Positions 51,143 through 60,899 of a DNA stretch of 64,000 nucleotides are shown in pieces. The notes beneath the pieces are model-generated. The model was not told the DNA's origin and did no database searches. It saw only the letters and a list, made by a program, of their open reading frames with translations. The position numbers and the translations under genes are program-made. Numbering within the stretch: position 1 is the stretch's first letter; each line of letters opens with the position of its first letter. Source of the stretch: Prorocentrum cordatum (taxonomy: Eukaryota). The DNA lies in NCBI GenBank assembly GCA_963575745.1, contig CAUYUJ010000320.1, positions 1 through 64,000 on the forward strand. Reading direction: 5' to 3'.

Positions 51143-54100
51143 ATGAGCGCCAGCCCCGCCGCGAAGTCGAAGAGGAAGGCCGAGATGGAGGGGGTGGGCG
51201 TCAGCGACAAGAAGAAAAAGGGGATCGATCTTGGCGACGTCGACGAGGTGACCGAGAGCACCCTGAACTATCACGACGGCGACTGGCAGGACAGAGAGCC
51301 CCTCTTTTCGAAGGTCGAACCGATGATGCGGGGAAATGGTTTCGGGGTCAAGTGATTGGCTCACCAGTGGGTGGTACGAGGTACGAGTGGTCGCCGCCGA
51401 ACTCACGGACTCAGCTCGAAACGCAAGTCGAGGCGCGTCTCTAGGTCTCTCGTCGCTCTCCCCTATCCCTATACACATATGTATGCACGTGTCATCTATG
51501 TTTAGTCTCTCTCTCTCCCCCTCTCTATATACGTACATGACTACATGTATGTATGTCACGATCGGGGGCCATACATGAAACCTTACCCCCTTAGGCCCAA
51601 CGGAACTCCAATATTGCCCCAAGAGGACTCCCCCCCAAAACGAAGGGACCGATAGGGCGTATATATCAAACCCTACCCACCCACCCACTCACCAAAAAAC
51701 AAATATAAGTTCAGGTGCCAATGTGACGCCAGTACAGCCCCACTTGAGACGGGGCCGATACGTAAGGTTAAAGGTCCAGTTCCCAAGGCCAGGAACCATG
51801 CATGACCTCCCCCCACAGACCCAGCGGCACCAAGGGGGGCAAGAAGGCGAAACCCGACAGGATTTAAGGTGTAGTTCCCGAGGCTTCGTGCATATGTTGA
51901 ATACCCCTCTCTCTCACACTCTCTTTCTCGGTGTGTATACGTATGTGTATACACACACTTTATATGCATGTGTGCTTATGCGTTTATGCAGCTCGTTTGC
52001 CTTCGCCCCTGCCCGCCCCTATCGCGCTACCCCGCCAGTAGGAACTGGCGAAGCAGATCATCGGAGACGCGGGTGCCACGCCCCCCGCCCACCTCAACGT
52101 TCTCTCCATTGGCTGCGGCATGAACACGGGGGCGATCGCGATCAAGGAGGCTCGGGCGCTGCGAGATGGGGATGGGGAGGACGAGGAGGAATGATGAGGA
52201 GAACGAGGAAACTTAGATGGGTAGTGGGAGCCAGACACGGCTAAGGTGACGAGCTGAGGATGGCCGAGAGAGGATGGGCGGGAGGAGGAGAGGAACGGGG
52301 ATGAGGAGAGGGTATGGCGAGGAAGCATCGGAAACCAGTGCTACAAATAAAACAATTGAGCACGACACGAGACGCTCTCCTCCCACCTCATTCCCTTTCC
52401 TGCTCCTCATCGTCACCATCCAACAATGTGTTCCTCCTCTGCCATCCCTCGCCCTTCCTTTACTCCCCTACCCCACTCCCTCGGATTCGCCGCCATCCTC
52501 GCGACCAGCCCCTCCTGTATCGCCCCGAACGCGACCCCCCGCCCCCGCAGATGGGGATCAACGTGACAAACTACTGCTACGACATCCTGGCGTGGCTGCA
52601 GCGGCAGGCGTTGTGGGTGGCAGGCGGCGACGATACCCACGTGAAGGTGCCCTGCGACTTCACGAAGGACGCGGAGGGGGGTATCGTTTGTGGCTGCACT
52701 GCTCTGGAGCAGAGACGAGGAGGCTGAGGACAGGATCTGAGGAGGAGAATGGAGGACGGTATGAGGAGGGAGCAGCGCAAACAACAGCAGGAGCAGGAGT
52801 CGGAGCCGACTAACGTAGACGAAGTCGATGTGCATGGGGTGGCAGGCGCAGCTTCTGGTCGACCCGAAAATTCAACGCGATAGCACGGCGGTGTCGAGGT
52901 CGGAACAGGTTTCGTGCCGAATACGAAAGCCAACCAGATGGCTCCTGCCATTGGCTGATGTGACCATGCGGTGCGTGAGACAAAATACATGTCTCTCTCT
53001 CTCTCTCCCCCCCCCCCCCGACCTCGAACAATACACAGACAACGCTGATCGAGAGAGAGATGAGAGGAGATGCGAGGTGATGATAGGATGTGAGAGGAGC
53101 TGCGAGGAGAGAGGAACACGAACGACAAAAACAGAGGTAGGGGACAATCGGTGGAACGTATTTTACACATGTGCGTAAACACATGCGCATATATGCGTAT
53201 GCGTTCATGATCCTTCATACGCGTATACCAGTACGACTACCTGTGATACAAATCAAGAAACATATGTGCACATACATACGTGTACGCATGCATATATACA
53301 TACGTACGTACGCACGTACGTACATACATACATGCACACATACATAATTACATACATACATCCATACAAACATACATACATACATACACATACATACATA
53401 CATACATACACACATACATGTCTACACGCATACATTCATGCATACATACATACATACATACATAATCACATACATACATACATGCATACATGTTTGCATA
53501 CATACATACATACACATGTATCTACATACCCACATACATACATACATAAATACATGCATGTTTACATGCGTGCATACATGCATACACACATACATGCATA
53601 CGTATATACATACATACCTGCATTACACTACATTACATTACATTACATCACAACACACTACATTACAATACATGACATTGCATTCCGTTGCGTTACAATA
53701 CATTACATTACACTACATTACACTACATGACATTATATACACACATGCATGCGCTCATACATATATACGTACACCTATGCATCCATACATACATGCATAC
53801 GTGCATGCATACAAACATACATCGGTATAAACATATCCGTAGATGTGCCTAGTTTGAGGGTGGTGTTAGTATACTCAGTTGGGTCGGTGTTGCATCGTTT
53901 GTCTGAGCTGCGGCGTGGGCATGCCATGAGCATTCGCTCGGCATGTATTTCTATTGCCTTGAGGGGCCGTCGAATCGCTTGAGTGTTTCTCGCGCGTGCC
54001 GCCCCTGCGCCTGCCAGGAGAACCTGGACCAGATCCCCGACGCGCAGGTGATCATCACCGCGCCAGACTCCACGCCGTTTGCTTTTCACGGCCAGGAGCA

Positions 54101-54848
54101 CGCCCAGAAGTCAGAGGGTGACAACGAGTTCCTATCGGCGATGGAGTGCATTGTGAACCAGGCGCGCCGAGACCGAGGCTCGCTCGAGATCTTTATAATC
54201 GAGACCAAGCTTAAGCTAGCAGAAGTTCCTGCTGGACGTGATATAAGCCAGGCCGATGAAGTACTCGAATATTTGACCGCCTCTCTCGGAAAGGACTGGC
54301 TCGTTTGGAAGTGGCTGCTTGAATCGGAACGTTTAGGGCTCCCCCAAGCCCGCTCCAAGATGCACATTTGCGGCAGGAAGAAGAATAGATTCAAGGGGGC
54401 GACAGAACCAGAATTGCGCCCCGAGCAATTCCGCGTGACACAGATTCCGCTGGCAGACATTCTCGACAACAAAGCCCCGAAAGCCCAGGTCACCGATCTG
54501 AGTGAGACCATGCGCGCAAACCTAGCCTCGTATAAGAAACTATGCAAGGATGATCCCGATGGTAGCATTTTCGTTGTCGACGTGAGCAGGCCTGCAGATG
54601 CCAAGCCGAGGGCCAACATGTGCCCCGAGATCACGCCAACCAGCGGTGCCTTGTTCGTGTTTCAAAAGGGATCGCGCGACTTCCACCGATTCCTGCAGCC
54701 AGCAGAGCTGCTCATGCTTCAAGGGTTTCCCCCAGAGGTCTTGAATAATCTTGCGAAGGCCAGGGTTGTTCAGGCCGCAGGCTCTGCGAGTTCGATGGCC
54801 TGCATTGGCCTTAGCGTGGCGTGCTGCTTGTTGGACCGCCTTTCTTAG
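51143..54848 (+). CDS. C5 cytosine DNA-methyltransferase-like protein with degenerate active site, ~400 aa (exons 51143-51289 or -51313, 52042-52149, 52551-52667, 54018-54848)
   Basis: Motif I LNVLSIGCGMN, II YDI, III CDFT, IV ITAPDSTPF (no PC), VI IIETK, VIII GLPQARSK, IX RFLQPAELLMLQGFP, X AAGSAS; all junctions phase 0. Confidence 0.75.
53160..53822. repeat. (CATA/CATTA)n microsatellite in DNMT-like intron 3
   Basis: Seen directly. Confidence 0.9.
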
Positions 54849-55352
54849 GATATGAGCGCATGTGCCTATCCGACAGCGTCGCAACACATATCATGGTAGC
54901 CGTTGTGCTCATGTATACCGACAAGTATTGATATTGAATTGGGGAGGTATCGACCATACGTATACACAAACATGGAAGCACATGTGGGGGAGAGGGAATG
55001 ATGCGGCTTGGCGTGTATGCATATATACATATATATACACCTGTACAAGTCGGTGCGTATATCTTCGCATATGTGCGCATGTACATCGACATATAAAGAA
55101 ATCGATGATGATGTGGGAGGGGGAGGCGTGCACACACGTATTATATACATATATATAATGCAGTTTAAGAAGTCGAACGGTGATGAAGCACACTACCGAG
55201 TTGGCCAACAAGTGATAATACTCAGTACACCTTGACTCTGTTGTACAGGTGTGCACGCGGGCAGCCTGTATAATTGTCCATGGGCCGACGACGACTACTC
55301 CGTAGGCCATTTAGTGGCTTAAGTGCATTTTTGTTGTTTTGCCGTGCAGGAA

Positions 55353-56156
55353 ATGGAACCCGCTGCCAAGGACACATCCCAGATCGAGATTCGTTCCAGT
55401 ACGGAGACATGGACACGATATCCTTACACGCGGCTCATTCTTACAGACTTAGAACAGCAGCCACAACCGAGCGGAGACGATGAAGATGCAGTCCGATTGC
55501 ATGAAGATACGTGCAGGCACACGAAAATACTATGTGATGGCGGCGCGTCAGGCCCGTTCTTTGGAGTCAGCGGATTTGTCGGTTCGAAGTTTACGCCATT
55601 CGCGCAGCTGCGAGAAGGTATCAACTACTCCCTGGTATTCTGGGGAAGCCCCCACTGGGGGGAGCACGCTCACGATAATTCAAGCAAACAATGGAAGTCG
55701 CCAGGTGACTTCAAAAGCAATAGTTTCGAGTCTATGTCATGGAGTGCGCCAACGGCATTGATAGCAATGACATACACCAACGAACACAAGGTCGAATATT
55801 GGAGCCCGACATACAAGACCGACAGATCTCAGCCAGAACTCCGAGAACCGCGACAATTAATAGTTGCCCCATGCTACAACCATGGCTACGTACCGTTGTC
55901 GTCAAGCACCCAGTACCGAGAGATGACACGTGATCATGTCAATGTGGCGCTGTTGGTCCCAGGACGGTTTCGAACTCTCGTAACCTACAGACCCGATAAT
56001 GTGACCATCGACCTAGGAGTTACTCTCTTTCGCACTTTACAGGCGATCCAATGCACTACGGACCAATACGCAATCGAGCTGGGAGGCCAAAGCTTTTCAT
56101 TGGGATTCGAGTTGCACCTTGCAAAGATGGAGCTCGACAAATGGGAGTATGAATAG
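55353..56156 (+). CDS. Cargo gene D, unknown, ~267 aa, single exon
   Basis: Non-repetitive open frame; degenerate SL-like TCCGTAGGCCATTTAGTGGCTTAAG at 55299-55323 upstream. Confidence 0.6.
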   Translation: MEPAAKDTSQIEIRSSTETWTRYPYTRLILTDLEQQPQPSGDDEDAVRLHEDTCRHTKILCDGGASGPFFGVSGFVGSKFTPFAQLREGINYSLVFWGSPHWGEHAHDNSSKQWKSPGDFKSNSFESMSWSAPTALIAMTYTNEHKVEYWSPTYKTDRSQPELREPRQLIVAPCYNHGYVPLSSSTQYREMTRDHVNVALLVPGRFRTLVTYRPDNVTIDLGVTLFRTLQAIQCTTDQYAIELGGQSFSLGFELHLAKMELDKWEYE

Positions 56157-56792
56157 TTGATATATCAGGACGTTGTCCAACACCTATAATTCAACACTTG
56201 GTATCAGGACGTTGCTTATATGGAACTGAAGTTGATCAACAACTACGGTGATCAGCAGATTGAACTATCAGTTGAAGATGTGATGGAATTGAAGTTGATC
56301 GATGCTTATCTATGGGAATGGAGTTCATCAATACTTACTTGAATGTGTTCGACACTTGCATAAAGTGATTTTCAAATCGCAGCTCAGGTTCAACAGATAT
56401 GTTGGCCAATGGGCCGCCTCTCAATTTGCAGTCAGGTTTCGGTGCACAGGCGCTCGAAAGGACACAGCGCCCTTTCAAGACTGATCGGCCTCCTGGCCAA
56501 GTACTTGCAGGCGAGTTCAGCTGTTGCGTCGGATATTCGGGTCAAAACGCACCCGTGGATTTTTCGTCGTCGTCGTCGTGGGAGGTCCTGGGGCCGATCC
56601 TTGGGAATATCACGCCTAAGCGAGGCGCAACTGCTGGAAGACACCCCGCGGCGAGAAAACCTCCAGGAACCAGCGGAACCCCTCCTCCTTCTCCTCCCCC
56701 TCCTCCCCCCCTGCTTCCCTCCTCCTCCCTCCTCCCTCCTCCTCCTCCTCCTCCTCCTCCTCCTCCTCCTCCTCATCCTCCTCCTGCTCTCC

Positions 56793-56814
56793 GCTGTAGC
56801 CATTTTGGCTCAAA
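56793..56814 (+). other. Relict spliced leader after (CCT)n, near the right TIR
   Basis: GCTGTAGCCATTTTGGCTCAAA, 20/22. Confidence 0.8.
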
Positions 56815-57044
56815 TGGTTGTTGTCCGTGCATAACGCAGAGAATCGTGCGCGGAAAAATTTTCAAGACCCAAAAAATTTCAGAAAAAATTTTCCGAAAAG
56901 TCAGCCGTTTTGAAATTTTCAGTTTTTTCTGAAAAAAAAGGACCTCTGGGGTGGTGCTCCAGGAACCGACGCGTTGCTCTGTTATGGAATGTTGGGTGTA
57001 TTGGTGCGGCGCTTCTCAATGCTAGCTTTCTGGGATGTTTCGTT

Positions 57045-57082
<38 letters not shown>

Positions 57083-57974
57083 GCTCTTTTTGCAGCGTCG
57101 GGTCTCGGGGAAGGGGACATGGGCCCCGAGGGAAACGGGCCCAGGACTCGGAGGCGGCCCCGGGAGGCTGGGGTAGGCCCAGGGGAACATCGGTCCACAG
57201 CGGGGGGGGGGGAGGCGAACCCGCTCCTCGATATCGATCCCCAGACCCCGCCTGAGCTGGGGTCGAAGCTGATCACCTTTTCGGGCCGCGTCCAGCCGTG
57301 GCGTCCAGGAGGGCCCTGTTTCCCCCAATCCTGCTGCACAGCCCCCGACCCAGACATCCGGCCGCTCCAAGATCTTCGATGCCAGGGCCCCGGAGGCCTG
57401 GACCACTTCCCTGAGGCCGGTGTTGTTGTCCTGCGTCGTGCTTGGACGGTCCCGAGGCCCGGTGAGGGCCCCCGGAAGCCGAAAATGGCTCCCCCTCCTC
57501 CTCCTCGTCCTCCTCCTCCTTCCCCTCCTCCTCGTCCTCCTCCTCCTTCTCCTCCTCCTCCTCCTCCTCCTCCTCTTCCTCCTCCGCCTCCTCCTCCTCC
57601 ACAAACCACCCGCCCACATTATTCCGGAGCGTCGGACCTCTGGGTCCAAAACCCTGGGCGCTCGTCGTCGCTCCAGTGGCCCGCGTGGGCCCCCCCCCCC
57701 CCCCCCTCTGGGAGCCCTGGGGGGCAGTGAGCAGAGAATTCGCCTCGGGACGAGGAGCTGGCATTGGGGCATGCCCCAGAAAGAGGAAAAGGAGGAGGAG
57801 GAGGAGGAGGAGGAGGAGGAAGAGGAGGAGGAGGAGGAGGAAAAGGAGGAGGAGGAGGAGAAGGAGGAGGAGGAGGAGGAGGGGGAGGACGAGGAGGAGG
57901 GGAAGGAGGAGGAGGGCGAGGAGGAGGAGGAGGAGGAGGAGCAGGATTTCTGTGGATTTCTCTCGGGACGCAGT

Positions 57975-58054
57975 CCCGTCCACGCGAAGGTCCTGGTGCC
58001 CAGGCCTCGCTCGCCGCGCGGACTCGCGGCGGCCGCGCTGCGCGGACCCGCGGC
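57975..58054 (-). CDS. Possible upstream exon of the host formin gene (…GLGTRTFAWT)
   Basis: TAG acceptor; R.F.W resembles the first FH2 Trp motif; weak. Confidence 0.3.
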
Positions 58055-58074
58055 CTATCTGTGCGTCTGGGCGA

Positions 58075-58272
58075 CCCCGTTTGGGCCCCCAGACCTTCTC
58101 TCTTCTTTGCGACTGGCAGCCCCCGTCTGGGCCCCATAGTCTTTGCGACTGGCAGCCCCTTTGGCCCCCGGACCTTTTCTTCCTTTGCGACTGGCAGCCT
58201 CCTTCTGGGCCTCAGACCTTCTCTTGCTTGCGACTGCTAGCCCCTTTTGGCCCCAGACCTTCTCTCTTCTTG
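58075..58272. repeat. ~43-bp tandem minisatellite
   Basis: Repeated ttgcgactggcagcccc..tgg(g)ccccagacctt. Confidence 0.7.
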
Positions 58273-58532
58273 CCCGCGCTCAGCACCTGTGTCGGCGGCC
58301 CCGGCGCAGCCGAGAGGATCATCAACTTTTGCTTCGGCCCCCAAACGGGGTGGTGATGATCCTCTCCTGTTTCTGGGCTCTGGGCTCTCCTACTGGGCTC
58401 TCCGACCTTTTGCTGTTCGTCAACAGGCCATTTCCCTGGATCCGGCCAGGACCATCCACCCCTCGTCCGTGTCGGCCTACGCACAGGCTGTGCGTGCCCC
58501 CTCTTCTTGTCCACATGCTGCTGTTGTGCCAA

Positions 58533-60050
58533 TTACTTTCTACTTGGTTCAGGTAGGCCTTCAGGTTGTGCGCCCGCCATGCCTCTCGAAGCCTTCCTGT
58601 CACATGCTCTTTGTAATTTCTGACTGACCCTCGGGTTGCCGTCCGCCTCAGGCCTCACGACGCTTGCCGCGCAGTGCCAGCAGAACCATGTGTTCGCCCT
58701 CGTTGCGTGTCTCACGTCATGTGTGGGGTGTGTAGCCGTCGTTCCTGCCAAAGTTTGATGTCGTCGGAATCTAGCTCCTTCCGATGTCTGTTGGCATTTC
58801 TTCTTAAGCCATTGTTTCAGGACCTTCTTGCTGTGGCCATAGTTCGCACATGACTCGGCACACGATCTGCATGTCCATTTGCGTTGCTCTCGGGTAATCT
58901 CGTGCGTGGTGCTCGCAATCAGCTGCTCCATGTCTTCTTCGTCTCCCCTTCGCCTTTATTATTTTATTTTTGCTTTCTGGGCACTGCGCAACTGCTTCTC
59001 GTCCAAGGTCATGGTAGGGTCTTTCTCAATGGCTTGCGCCGTTGCCCAGCATATTCTTCTCCTGCTCAAGTACCCCGCCGCCTTGGCCCAGTCGTAGCAG
59101 TCCTGCTCGCTCTTGGGGATGTTATGCTGCTCCGCTGCGCCACCTGCCAGTTCGTCTGCTCGTCTATTGCCCCCCCATGCAGCTCATGGGAATTTCTTGA
59201 GCTGTGCTTCCTCCCAGTCCACGTGGCTTCCGGTGTGCATGACGTTGATGCGTGCTTCGCCTCGGCTGCCAATTGCCTTCCCGAGCTGTCTCCAAGAGGC
59301 CGCCGTTCGCCCCCTATGGATGCCTCGTTACGGTGCTTCAGATTCCTCCATCCACGGCAATGCGCGTCGGAGTCCGCCCAGGAGGCGGCAACTGCAAGTC
59401 GCCCTCCGTCGTGCCTTATGCTGGCGTTGTTCAGCTCGGGGGAGGTATGCCTCGTAACCGTAGCGCTGGTAGAAGTTATGTTCATTCTTCTGTGTGCTTT
59501 GCCAAGTGCCCTGTGGCTGCGTAGTCCTTGTGCTCGGTCTTCTGGCTGCGCGTTTCCCATTTCCCGTGGTAAACCGCATCCAGCACTTCGCGCTTGCATG
59601 GGCCGTCTGCACCGAAAGCTGCTGCTCGTCGGGCTCTTGTCCAAGCACCTCCGCATGCCGCAACCAGCAGGGCCCCATAGTCCTGATACGTGCCGTCCTT
59701 CTTCACCATATTAATCTGCCTTCTGACGTCCGTGAAGTCTGCTCCTCGTTCAAATCCCATCACCGCTGGTGTCGAGCTGCTTCCTCCCAGGCGTTGCGCT
59801 CAACATCCTTCATGACTTGGTTGATCACGTCGGTCGGGTTCTCCTCATGGCCGTCGTCCGTTGCCCTTTGGTCACAGATGCTGCCCGCCCGCCTCGCAAG
59901 CGATGTCGGGCCCCATCCTAGCTCGCTCAGTTGCAGGATCAGGTCCCTGATGATGCCTCTTCTCTTCTTTCACCGTCCCCATATGGTGCCCTGCTGCATT
60001 CTTCAGCTGATGATTACCCATGCTTTGTGGACGGACTCGTGCACTTCAGG
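58533..60050 (-). pseudogene. Decayed LINE 3' region (RNase H plus C-terminal Cys motifs)
   Basis: HTGSHV...GNRRADELA (RNase H end), WTCRSC, HPTH..WFCWHC; same layout as the end of ORF2 at 11.8-13.1 kb. Confidence 0.65.
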
Positions 60051-60899
60051 ATGTCGCGCCCAGACCTCTGGCGCCTCTCGAACAAAAATCGAGGCGGAGG
60101 TTTTGGGGAGTCGTCTTCGGCCTCTCGGGGCCCTCGCCGGGCCTCGGGACCGTCAGAAAAAGGCTCGGATGAAAAACGGGTCCCGGGGAAGTGGTCAGGA
60201 GGTCGGGGGCCCGTGCCTCGAAAATCGGGGGCCCGTGCCCCGAAAAGTCCGAGACGTCGGATGTCTGGGGATCTCTGGCCAGCCTGGAACAGATCCCTAT
60301 CCCTGCAGATTGGCATCGGGAGAAGCCCGAGGCGGGTGAATCTCTGGGCCCCGCACTCGGGGGGGGAGCAGGATCGTGAGGAGGACGACGGTAGCTCTCG
60401 TCCAGTGGGGCGGGGGGGTCATCGGGAGAGGCGAGGGCGGGGAGGGAAGGGAACCCGTGGGCAACAGCAGGTGGGAAGAGGCGCGCTCCCGCGAGTGGAG
60501 CTCCTGGGGGGCGGAGGCGGCCCCCCATGCGAGCGGTTCGGGAGCAGGCGGGCCGGAGGCGCTTGCAGTCTCGAGCGAGCTTCCCCGCGCGAGGTCGCGC
60601 GCTAAGTGCCCTCCTCCTTCTCCTCCTCCTCCTCCTCCTCCTCCTCCTCCTCCTCCTCCTCCTCCTCCTCCTCCTCCTCCTCCTCCTCCTCCTCCTTCTC
60701 CTCCTCTCCTCCTCTCCTCCTCCTCTCCTCCTCCTCCTCCTCCTCCTCCTCCTCCTCCTCCTCCTCCTCCTCCTCCTCCTCCTCCTCCTCTCCCCTCCCC
60801 CTCCCCCTCCCCTCCTCCTCCTCCTCCTCCTCCTCCTCCTCCAGCGAGAGCACAAAACAGCTACGACGGCAGCAGGAGCTTCGAGTGGAGTCAATACGA

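Larger units (their letters stand above)
35758..56950 (+). mobile_element. Candidate 21.2-kb giant TIR DNA transposon (CMC/EnSpm-Plavaka-like) with multi-gene cargo
   Basis: Left CCCAGAGGTCTCTTTTTTCAGAAAAAGTGAAAATTTTCAAAAC versus reverse complement of right end CCCAGAGGTCCTTTTTTTTCAGAAAAAACTGAAAATTTCAAAAC; GT at both 35756-35757 and 56951-56952; internal transposase. Confidence 0.7.
33050..60275. repeat. Interspersed repeat family, copies at ~33050-33250 (-), ~34697-34892 and ~60062-60275
   Basis: Shared ccggggaagtggtc.ggaggtcgggggcc.gtg.ctcgaaaa...gagacgtcggat. Confidence 0.65.

Noticed and set aside
60846..60868. Minus-strand SL-like CGTAGCTGTTTTGTGCTC, and GTAGCCGTTGTGCTCATG at ~54897
   Set aside because: Too degenerate to separate from chance
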